From NCBI GenBank assembly GCA_963693365.1, contig CAVNZM010000001.1, positions 16,425,840 through 16,489,839 of the forward strand: a stretch of DNA of 64,000 nucleotides. Reading direction: 5' to 3'. Positions 52,443 to 64,000 of this stretch are shown here, one piece after another. The first letter of the stretch is position 1. Every line of letters begins with the position of its first letter. Position numbers and translations under genes: made by a program. This DNA is from Amoebidium appalachense. Its lineage: Eukaryota > Protista > Ichthyosporea. Under the pieces are notes generated by a model, which was given only the letters and a program-made list of their open reading frames with translations, had not been told where the DNA came from and ran no database searches.

Positions 52443-53725
52443 CGAAAATGTGGTTTTCCCTCTCATACTTGCTTGGTTTTCCTTTTTCAGTCTTTAGATA
52501 GGTATGAATGGTTAGGGGTCCGAGGTTCCTCTTTACATACCTTTGCTCTTCCCCCCTCCCCCCCCCCCCCCCCCCCCCCTCTTCCCCCCGCTCACCTCCC
52601 GTCCCCTCACCCAATCTCCCAAACACCCCTCAACCCCCCCCCCCCCCAAGCACTCCCGTCCCCTCCTCCAAACACACACACACAGCAATAATAACAACTC
52701 GCGCACGCCGCAAACCCCATCGGAGTCTCTGTTTTTCTCTCGTTGTCTTATTTGGTGCTCTCGAGAGGCTTGAAGGTGCTTAGTGCGTGAATGAACATGG
52801 ACTTATGGATCTAATATTAGCAGATGTGCCTGGATTGGGAACTATGCTTTTTTCCTTGTGACCGTGTCATAGGTTCGTTCATACCAAAGCATGCATGCAA
52901 AACACCTCGGCAGAAACCAAGATTTATCACAGGCACACATGCCCATACGAAATTGGTGCACACGTGTACGCCCCATCTGTTGTAAATTATGTGTGTGCAT
53001 TTGTTCGTCAGTTGTGACGCAGTTTTCAAAATAATTATTATGGTGGTGTAGTAGGCAGCATAGGATTTAAGGCGTGTTTGCAGGGCACCGCGGCGTATTG
53101 TGACCCTTTGATGTTTGTGGTGGCATCGATCACTGCTAAAGAATGGTGTGCTACCTTTTTATCGAGGCACATAGTTGTTGTGTTGTTGTTGTTTTTTTGT
53201 TGTTTTTTTTTTTTTGTATGATGTAGTTCAAACTTGATTGGCTCTGCTTTGGCGCTTGTTTTGGTACAGTCCGAAGCCACGTGCACTGGCCTCTCGGTAG
53301 GGCAGAGGTGTTGCCAGAGAATGAATGTGATCTAGCACCTCTCATATGCATATGCATACGGCAATTCTGATCAGTAAATAGCCTGAGTAGATGAAAATCC
53401 CTTAATGCCCCAATATAAATATAATTACTTGTATGGCGACTAGTGGGCCAAGTCAGAACATGCCACTTGAATTTTACTAAATGATTTGTGGTTTCTACTG
53501 CCGACAGCCCGATGCAGGATGTTTGAAACTTAGAATCCAAAACTGTATGAAAACATTCCATGTCCGTGTATTACTTATCAAATTCAAAGCTGTGGCGATG
53601 CATGTATACAGCGTACATGCGCGTATACATGTCCAGTTTTCTAATAAAATGAAAGAACGCTATCAGTCAATTTCAGTCTTCAAGCTTAAGGTGCTCAATT
53701 GCAAACTGCGCTCTATGAAGTTAAC

Positions 53726-53778
<53 letters not shown>

Positions 53779-54119
53779 CCCCCAAAAAAAAACAACAACC
53801 ACCACCACCATGGATCGGTGATCACCATCACCAGCACCACCACCTCCTCCTCTCTAATAATCCATATCTCTCTCACATGACCACGCCGGTTCGACTGCTG
53901 CTGCCACCCCTCCCTCTGAAACACACAGAGACTCAGTGTCGACGTCGGCGTCAACGTCACACATACGTATATATACACCGCATTGGGCATGGACCGGATA
54001 TATATATATATCGAAAAGCGCAAGTGGCATGGGGGGGCATTTACCGTAACAGACATGCTTGGGTGCAATTGATATCATGGATTACGACACACGGCTCTAG
54101 GTGCCACCCATGTATGGAG

Positions 54120-54169
<50 letters not shown>

Positions 54170-55149
54170 ACGCGCGCGCGCGCGCTGTGTGTGTGTGTGT
54201 GTGTGTGTGTGTGAAGTGCAAGACGTACCACCACCTGCCACTTTTGAGCTTCATGAGCCATATGATTCAAGTTATAATTTTTCTTCCCGTACATCACATA
54301 ACCCTTTATAGCACGTTCGGCCTGCATACTCTGATTAACTAATATGCAGCCAATATTATATTTATCAACCACTGTCACTTAGTCTAATAAACTAATATTT
54401 ATTGTGGCATCTACAAAACTCCATGCAAACAGTACTTGAATCTGGCAGATTGCTTTGTGAGGCATCGTGACTTTTGACGCCATTTGAACACTCACGACAG
54501 CTTAGTGAAGTTTACCCAAACATCGTGCCGCCAAGCAACCCGAATCCAACTTCTACCCCATTTTGTATTAATTACAGGAACCTAACACTAAGGAAAGAGC
54601 ACAGATTGAAGAAGAAAAGACGGAGAGAAAGAACGTTAACAGACGCAACGGCCACACAGAGTCAAGCAGTTAAAGATGAACTCCGTCAGAAGAAAGCTAA
54701 AAAAAAACCCTGGTATACGTAAATCCCGGGAAAAACACAAATGCGAGGAAAAAAACAAAAAGCCATCATGCCCAAGCACCTCTAAAGATAAACCCCAGGA
54801 GGAGGGAGAATGGGTGCCCAATCAAGTAGGAGAGACGGCGCCAACTAAATTTCCACAGCTTATGGCTCTAAATTATTATGATGCATATTATCCTCTTGGA
54901 CTGTTGTTAGTTAACTGAGCGTTACATTACATTGCTGTTTGTCGGGCGACTTTAAGCAGCTGCTAAAAAAAAACACTTTTTCATCATTTCAATCGATATT
55001 GGCTAGCCAGTAGGCTTTGCTACCAAAAAATGCATTGCCCCACACGAACACATTGTACACTGTGTGTGTGTGCCGTGCCAGCGGTGCACTACTGAAAACA
55101 TACACGTGCCACGTAACGTTTCTGTGTGTGCCGATGTGCATGGTACCGT

Positions 55150-55442
55150 GTGTGTGCGTGCATGTACTGTGTGCATGTGCTGTGTGCATGTACTGTGTGC
55201 ATGTTATGTGCGCATCAACCGTGTTCATGTACTGTGTGTATATTCTGTGTGCATGTACTGTGGGTGATGTGCTATGCCAATGTTTTGCGTGCATGTAGCA
55301 CTGCGTGCACGGACCGTGTGCATGTACTGTGTATAAACACTGTGTGCATGCACCGTGTGCCTGTACTGTGTGCATGTACCATATGTACTGTGTGCATGTC
55401 CTGTGTGCATGTACCATATGTACTGTGTGCATGTACTGTGTT
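55150..55442. repeat. Degenerate gtgcatgtactgt tandem repeat
   Basis: Many copies of tgtgcatgtac(t/c) just 3' of the DEP gene stop codon. Confidence 0.75.
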
Positions 55443-55449
55443 CATGAGC

Positions 55450-55632
55450 TCACACGTCGTCACTGGATCCTGCTGCTCCAGGAAATGAAGAAAACGATCC
55501 AGAACCCAATCGTGCCTGTGCTTTCGACATGCGCGCTGGCCCTGGGCTGAGCCCGTCCAGACGTGCATCATCACCCTGCATGGAAAGTAGGCATTGGTTA
55601 GGAGGGATGGGGTGGATTGGGGAGGATGGTGT

Positions 55633-55663
<31 letters not shown>

Positions 55664-55857
55664 GGGGGGGGGAGGGGGGGCGGGAGTGGGGAGGGGAAGG
55701 GAGCCGGGGAGGGGGGATGGGGGAACGGGGGGCCTCCCGAGGAGGAGGGGGAAGCTTGCTGTGTGGTTTGTTAGAGGGGGAATGTCTAGAGACGGCTAGG
55801 GTGTGCAACAGCCCCAAGGATTGCTTACACACGTCATTTTTTATTTTTTACTATGGC

Positions 55858-55936
<79 letters not shown>

Positions 55937-56022
55937 TACTATTACTATTACTATTATTATTATTTTCTTTTCTTTTTTTTTTTTTTTGGGGGGGGGGGGG
56001 GTTGAGCGGGGGGAGGCTGGGT

Positions 56023-56104
<82 letters not shown>

Positions 56105-56259
56105 TTTTTTTTTTGGGGGGGGGGGGGGGGGGGGAGGGGGGTCGCCCTGCATAAAACAGAGACAGTATTTGAAGGGATGAACGGATGGTCCGTTGGGAAG
56201 AAAAGGGAGTGTGGGTGTTGTAATTGTTCTGTGAGTACGTGTGTGCGCGCGCGCGCGCG

Positions 56260-56315
<56 letters not shown>

Positions 56316-56471
56316 CGCGCATGCGTATGTGTTGGGGGGGGGGGGGGGGGGGGGTGTGTGTGTGTGTGTGAGAGAGTGTTTTAGTGTGTGTGAGTGCTTG
56401 AATCTGTGAGTGAGTGAGTGAGTGAGTGAGTGAGTGAGTGAATGTGCGTGCGTGTGTGTGCGTGCGTGCAA

Positions 56472-56532
<61 letters not shown>

Positions 56533-57116
56533 TGTGTCTGTGTGTGTGTGTGTGGGTTTGGGGGGAGAGGGGGGTGGGGGGGGAGAGCATACTGGTTGAG
56601 GCAGCTCATGGAAGCTGCGGCTGAACTTCATGCGCTGAGTCTCGCTCAGTTGGTTGAGCTCTGTCAGGTCCGTCTGCACAAATTTCTGTGCACGAAATAC
56701 TGCATCAGCACCATACCTCCAATCAATCCCCCCCTCCCCCCCCCCCCCCCCCCCCCCCTCCCCCCCCCCCTCCCCCGCCCCTCGGTCTCCATTTTAGCAC
56801 AACTGACACACACAAACACACCAACACCACGCCCTTCACCTCCAACCACCCACTCAAACAGCAAACAAGCACAACTGCCAGCCATACATATCTATAAACA
56901 TGCAAATGGCTTACACACTGATAGACCCACATACAAGCACCCCTAAACTACACACTCGTGGCCGTGGGCAAACCCCCCTCCCCCCTCCCCCCCCCCCCCC
57001 CCTCCTCCCCTCCCCCCGTGCGCCACCAAGGACACAGGCACAACTGACCGTCTGCACATTTGACACAGGAACAGCCACAGACACACGCACGCACATGTAC
57101 ACACACGCGCGCGCGT

Positions 57117-57179
<63 letters not shown>

Positions 57180-60100
57180 AGCACACACACACACACACAC
57201 CAAACTGCGTGTGGACTCCCCTCTCCCCCTCCCCCCCCCCCCCCCCCAGTCGCCACCACCATCACCACTTTTGCCAACATGCACACACACACACCACCAC
57301 GGTCCAATCTCCACCACTTGCCCCACGTACCTTCACATTGAGCTCATAGATGTGCCTCTTGTCGTCACCAAACGTGCTTGCCTCATCCTCCTCCGGCCCA
57401 GGTTTTATCGGCAGAATAAACCGTTGATAAAGAAGCTTGCCGGCTAGTGAGGCCGCCTTTTCCCGTGTGATTTCTCGGCCTTGGAAGTAGTACGACTGTG
57501 CCAAATAGTGCACCTGGAAAGGGTTAAACCATAAGAAGAAGTTATATGGGGTGAAGTGAGATAATACATAGTCATTGTTCAGTTTATATAGCAGACAGAG
57601 AAAGCTCTTATGCAACACGTACTATGATGCACTCGTGCCACAGGCCATTTTTGTGCACTTGCACAAGACTATACAACTAGTGCGAAAATGGCCGAGACTA
57701 ATCAGGTGGGATATGCCATTTTATATCACCGTTGGATATAGCATCTGTGTAAGCCACCAATCGTGGATAGTATAAGGTATAAGCCACATAAGGGAAGGTG
57801 TTATACCACCATTGGTGACCCTAAATTTCGAGATATTCGACATCAAATGTTTGAAAAAATGCGTGAAAAAATAGATGTTGCATCACAAAACCTGATTCAA
57901 AAGCAAACTATCCGATGTGCCATCAATACTCTTTAGTATATCAGGCCTGGTTGGATATTTCACCCAGAATATGCTCTGCAGGGCGTTTTTGATACCTTGC
58001 TACCTCACACTTCTCGTACCGTGTGCGTAGAAGGGCATGCTATACCCCCCCCCCCCCCCCCCCCCCCCCACGGCTGTGTGCCAATCATAGCAAAATCAGC
58101 CAATTACATGTGCCCTAGGAATTGTGGGGCCAATCAGATTGGGTATACACACACCAGCCAGTCCACCAATATTTTGCCGTCAAAGTGGTTGAGGAATTGC
58201 TCGTCCTTGGTGCTGAATGCTGCCAGCAACCTGAAAATGAAAGTCAGAGTTCTGTGTAAAATTATATTTCTTTCTGTGCAAAATTATATTTCTTCCCCCC
58301 CCCCTCCTCTCCCCCCCCCGGGCCCCCAACACACACACACACACACACACTCTCGACCACACCAAACACACGCAGCTACAGCGTTCATGAAAACACTTGT
58401 CTGATTATAATAGTCTGGTTGTGTGTGTAACCTTGTGTGGGTCTGCATGTGGGTGTGCATGCATGTACGAGCTTGTGCACGTGTGTGAATACACGTGCCT
58501 GCATGCCTGTGTGTGCTCGTCTGTAAACATGTTCATGTGTGCGTGCGACTGCACATGCCATCGAGTGTCCGTACACCAGTTGGTATAAGCGATAGGTGGT
58601 ATGTGCCTGTGCTAGTATGCAAGGGTAAGACGTTGCCCAAAGTGATCCACCAAGTTGTGCGTTTCCTTCAGTTTTGTGCTTTATATTCACTCTTGTGCCG
58701 TGTATTTTCTCTTTAACATTTCGCCTTAGTCTTTTAATTCTATTTCTACAAACATGTGTGCCGGGGTGTGTTTTTGATTATCTATGTGTTCGGGCCGTTA
58801 GGACAGCAAGAGAAGAGCAACACAGAACTCGTGCAGGCAATGAACGAGTTGGAATTGTGCAAAGGAGGGCAAGAGCGGGGGGGGGGGGGGGGGGGGGGGG
58901 GAGAGAAGGGTCGTAGTGTGTGTGTGTGTGTGGGGGGGGGGGGGAGAGGGGGGGGGGGGGGGGGAGGGGGGAGAGGGGGAAACGAGAAGGGGGGAGAGGG
59001 CGAGGGGGGGGGGGGGGGGAGAGAGGGGGAAACGAGAAGGGGGGAGAGGGCGAGGGGGGGGGGGGGGGGGGGGGGGGGGGGCTACAGACGAGAGCATTAC
59101 TTAATCTTCCTCTTTTTAGAAAAGAAAAAAAGAAAAAAAAAAGGGGGGGGGGGGGGGGGGAGGACCAAGCAAACTTGTCGGAGAGAGAGACACTGCAACA
59201 GATCTATTATTAAAGAGGCTTCTATGCTTCCACGTCAGCTTAGGTTTGCTCCAACGGCAAAAGTCAACAGAAAATGTGTGTCTGTGTGTGTGTGTAGGAG
59301 GAGGGGTGGGAGGGAGGGGGTTATGCAGATAGAGAGGGGGAAGGGGGGGGGGGGGGGGGGGGGAAGCATACGATGTTCTCTTTGAAGCTACGTAGTCGGG
59401 GAAGCGTACTTGCAAGTCTGCACACAAGTAATTCCACTGTGCGCACGGGGTGAGTTAGTCATAAATAGGGCCATAAAATCATGGATCTGTGGTTGTGACA
59501 GTGGGTTTGCGGGTTACTAATTTGTATTATTATTGCAGGTGAAATGGTGGGTGGATAAATGCTTTGTAAACTAGTGCAATGGCGAGTCACTTATGATTGG
59601 TGATATAGGTTTATTATGTATTTGTGCACAGGTGCATCAATACAAAAGCAGGCGCCAATGAAAAAGAAATAGACGAATTTTGGTTAGTCGTTTTGCCTAG
59701 TAAGTACAGTGCACTCATTTGCCAGTAAATCACGGCATGTATATGTCTTCAGTTCATGTGTGTGTTCATACAAAGGAATAGTACGCCATAAATACGCAAA
59801 CCCATGCCACAATTGCATGTGCCTTTTGAGGTGTGCAGGAAGAGACGACCAATTGAAAAAGGTAGAACTTGCATGTACCACATTTGTGCTATCATGATAC
59901 GTAGAAGCAATCAGAAAATTCTGTTGGTTGAGTAGAGTATTTGTGTTGGGCAAGCCTTATGATTTGGGTAAAATATAGATCTCTAGTGTACACAAACATG
60001 TGCATACACGACGTGCAGATGCAGATACATCTTTTGGCATACTGTGTCACGCTAACCCCCTACACACAACAACCTACGTGCCACTCGAACTCTAGTGTAC

Positions 60101-60276
60101 ACAAACATGTGCATACACGACGTGCAGATGCAGATACATCTTTTGGCACACTGTGTCACGCTAACCACCCCTACACACAACAACATACGTGCCACTCGAA
60201 CTCACACGAAGAAGTGCACAAGAACATACCAACCCTGCTCTGCACACGCGCACACATACACACACGTACACACACA

Positions 60277-60323
<47 letters not shown>

Positions 60324-61474
60324 GCCACCCCCTCCCCCACTTTAACCCCCACAGCACCCACACACCCGCACGCCCATCCACCCACCCATCCACCCACCCA
60401 CCCACCCACCCACCCACACACACACCCACACACACACACAAACACACACCCACACAAACACACACCCACACAAACACAAACGCTTGCACACGTACACAAA
60501 CCCACCATCTCCGTAGCCCTGTATGCGTCATCCCTTGCTGACCCAGCCCTAAGGCGTGCCGACCCATACTCGTCATTCACATCGTCGTGCGAGCTACTTT
60601 TCAGGCTACTCTCCATGCTCTTGCTCTTCTGTGATCTATGTCCCTCTGAGGTGCTAGGAAGATTCGCTTCATTTTCCCAAGGGTCTACATCCGCCGAATG
60701 TTTTCCGCTGGCCCTCGCTTCAAACTGTGCAGGTTTAGAACCAGCAACGCTTGCTCTTGTACCCGAGTTTTTGCTCGAAAACACGTCCTTTGTGTCTTTT
60801 CCGTTGAACGAACCGGGGCGAAAGACACCCACATGGGGAGTTTCGCTTTTCCGTGCATGTTTGTCGCTTTGCCGAACGGGAGTAGGTGAGTGCTCCGTCC
60901 TTAGTGGCTTGGGGGAGTCTGGAGGAGGGAGTGCAAATTGCTCCCAGGGTGCAATGTCAGGAGGGGGGAGTGGCTTATCAAAATCATCTTTCTGTGTATT
61001 GCTTGCAGGCATTGGATGGGGCTCAAACTTCTCCCACGGGGCTATTTCAGGTGGGGGTAGGGGTGTGTCAATGTCTAAATTCACTTCTAAAACATCGTCG
61101 GTGTTCGACCTGGCACCACCGGCGGAAACTGCACGGGTGCGGCCAAAATCCGTGCTAAGAGAGTCTGACTTGTTGCGCGATTTCTCCTTGACCGAATGGG
61201 AGCGGCCTCTGTCTTGGATACATTCTGGCTCGTTTGGAACTGATGGCTCGGGGGTGTGTGCGTTAATCCTTTGCTTGGCATCTTCACCAGACTTGAATAG
61301 TAACCGGCCAAGGAGACTGGGGGGTTCCTCGCATGGGGCTGCGTGGGGAGGCGTTATCTCGCCCCGGTGGGCTATGCGCTTGATTTTTTGTGACATTGCG
61401 GGAATGTCCACTAATGATACCTGCGATTGGCTCCCTGGATGATGTTCTGGATGAGAAGAAAGAGATGGAGTCAA
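55450..61474 (-). CDS. DEP-domain protein (DEPDC1/DEPDC7-like DEP) with a long disordered N-terminus; start codon not defined
   Basis: Exons 61474-60506, 59436-59372, 58230-58155, 57513-57331, 56685-56593, 55575-55450 (TGA) are phase-compatible. Translation YRATEM|WNYLCADLQ...[12 protein letters not shown]|[28 protein letters not shown]...[11 protein letters not shown] resembles DEPDC1 (YRATKLWN...EAVDWL) and DEPDC7 (HLIQNKYFG..I.RAK). Confidence 0.8.
55858..55963. repeat. (TTA)n/(CTA)n trinucleotide microsatellite
   Basis: About 35 triplet units seen directly. Confidence 0.95.
59981..60200. repeat. ~110-bp tandem duplication inside an intron
   Basis: ctctagtgtacacaaacatgtgcatacacgacgtgcagatgcagatacatcttttggca...gtgccactcgaa starts at 59981 and 60090. 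Confidence 0.92.
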
Positions 61475-62411
61475 CTATGGGGGCCCTGTGACTGGCAAGA
61501 TAGAGAGCAATGTTGCTACTATGATAGTTCTGTTGGCCCGGGTACCATATCAGGAGCGGGCAATTTTTGAATTCTCCCTCCCCGGCCCCGCCGGGGAAAA
61601 TTTGAGGTTTTTGGACCTCAAAGAAGTCAAATCCTGCAAAATCCACTACCGGGAGGCCAAAAAGGGTGATTTTACAAAAAAGGAGGGACATACATGAAAA
61701 AGAGAAAATGGGCGAGTTCAGTGGGCTGCCGATAAGTATATTTCGTGCTGGGCCGGTATACATGCTGCCGTGGTTGTTGCTGTAGACGGCAGTATGGCAT
61801 CGCATGTGTCACGTGACCTGCACGTGAATGCGACCATGTGCAGGCACTGAGTCTAGGGGGATTTGTATGTGTGTTTTGGAGCACCGACAAGGCAGAGCCA
61901 GGGTGAGGGATGTGTAAACATGGAGTTTAGGGAGATCGTGCTGCTATTGTAACATGTGCACAAAACAGCCACGTGCACCGGCACACTCCGGTGTACAGAA
62001 CAATAATATGCACATGCGTCACTGTAATATCATGTATGCGCATGCCGCACAAGGTTTAGGAGACCACCACAGTATATACTATTTTCTTTTGGTTGATATC
62101 CATGTAGGAATGGTGTGTTGCAGTTGTCATGATCAGCCTGAGGCAGGCACGTGCACTCACTGAATCACTAGAACTCATGAATAAAAAATACATTCGCTAA
62201 AAACGGCAAGGTAAATTTGGGGCCAAGCTATTATTTCCCCCTTTTAAACGTTTTTTTAGCTCCAAGAACTTCGACGCCAAAATTTCTATATTTGGCCATC
62301 GTATATGATAATGAACACGTGTACTTAAATTAAAGTAGTTATATAAATATGAGCGGCCCGTTACAAATACAGTGACGAAAAACAGTGACCCACGAGCAGT
62401 TTTTCTTTCTA

Positions 62412-62459
<48 letters not shown>

Positions 62460-63778
62460 ACACACCAGACACACACACCACCACCACGGTGACCACCACC
62501 ACCACCACCACCACCACTCACCCCTTAAAAAAACCACACACATACGTGCACGTGTACACACACACACAGAACACCACCACCACCTCCACTGGACCCCATT
62601 TCCTCGTTGTTTTCTTAAGCCTTCAGACCAGTCCTGCACACTGGAGTTAAACAATTGAATTCACCTAGGCTGACATGCATCCACCCCCCGCCTTCCACTT
62701 CCCTCCCCCCACCCCCTCCCCCCCCACCCCCCCCACCCCCACCCCCTCCCCCTCGATGAAGAAGGGCCCCCGTAAGCCTTGGGGGGGGGGGGGGGGGGGG
62801 GAGGGGGGGGAAGGGGGGAGCTCTTGAGCCTCCGGGTAGGGAAGTGGGGTCCGGGGATCCGGAGAGGAGGGGGGGGGGGGGGGGAAGGGGGCATATAATA
62901 TTGGGCCTAGATATCATAGTATGGGGCCCCGGGGGAGGGAGAGGTGGGGGGGGGAGGGGGGAGGATCCACGGGAAAGACCTTTAGGTGCATGTTCTTATT
63001 TATACCCCCTTCGAATCATCCCCCTCTCCCCCCCCCCCCCTCCCCCCCTGAGTGCAGGCCGTGACGTAGCTACGATAACCCTGCAGAAGGCAACAAAAAT
63101 GTATTAATTACTAGCACTATACATGTGTTCATAGTGCAGCTTGCACCACGTATGATCTCAGCAACTTTAAAGTAGTCACAAAGTTTAGTTATTTTCATTA
63201 TTTTCATTGCTCTGAACTCTATTACTCTGAAATGATCACCGTGCATGTGCCGCAAGATAACAACCCTATATGTGTGCAGCTGCTGCCTGCAGGTTAGACT
63301 CGCTGAAAAGACAATTGTCAGTGTGCATCCGACGCTTGCAGCTGCAGCTAGCCTCTGCAACATTAATACTTGCCAAGTGAATGCTCTTACACTTGATCAT
63401 CATTCACTCAAAAAACCGAGGACAGACAGATTAAATATTAATGTCCATCCGAATGATCAGCAAGTGTCTATGCGTACTACTATATATACACACACGTAAA
63501 ATGCGAAGCTATCAGTTACAAGGCACACCTGCTGCACTGGCACACATACACATACACACCGGCAGATCGATGCTGTCAAAATTTACTTTCATGTACTTCG
63601 TAGGTCCGACACAGGTGCACATGAACACGTACATATGTACAAGCCGCGCACACACCACACCACACATACACACACACACACACACACTCACACACACACA
63701 CGCACACACGCACACACGCACACACGCACACACGCACGCACGCACGCACACACACACACACACGCACGCACGCACGCG

Positions 63779-63846
<68 letters not shown>

Positions 63847-64000
63847 GACACACACACACACACACACATCACTGGGTGCGCTCGCTGGGGATTAGTTTTT
63901 TGGCACGCTGTTGACTTTATCGTGTGTTTATTATTTGCTATTTATTGGCCAGCGGCCAACATTTAAAAATATACTATATACCTAAAAATAGATACTGACT

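Noticed and set aside
54474-54918. Lys-rich overlapping ORFs
   Set aside because: Frameshifted, with no splice context or recognisable family; at most a decayed transposon fragment.
60189-61442. 417-aa plus-strand ORF
   Set aside because: It is the antisense shadow of the large DEP-gene exon.

Overview
Eukaryotic, intron-rich genomic DNA. The gene content (Rab8, MBIP, DEPDC1/7-like) suggests a holozoan, possibly unicellular; that placement is inference only. Introns are filled with (CA)n/(GT)n microsatellites and long poly-C/poly-G runs, which explain almost all ORFs in the supplied track. By reading splice sites and codon phases by hand I assembled these genes: an unknown acidic plus Pro/Tyr/Gln-rich protein (+, about 1723-10725, 5' end uncertain); Rab8 (+, 5 exons, 211 aa); a 375-aa divergent VDAC/OM47-like mitochondrial beta-barrel (-, 9 exons, one GC donor); a Btz/CASC3-like protein (-, only 3' exons firm); MBIP (+, 9 exons, 338 aa); and a DEP-domain protein (-) apparently lacking RhoGAP. 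There is also a low-confidence hypothetical gene at 32878. Intergenic DNA carries a 5'-defective, intron-containing tRNA-Ile(TAT) just upstream of a non-LTR retrotransposon fragment, a DIRS-type methyltransferase-like remnant, a 1.4-kb element bounded by inverted repeats, and several minisatellites. All family assignments come from recalled motifs, not from database searches.
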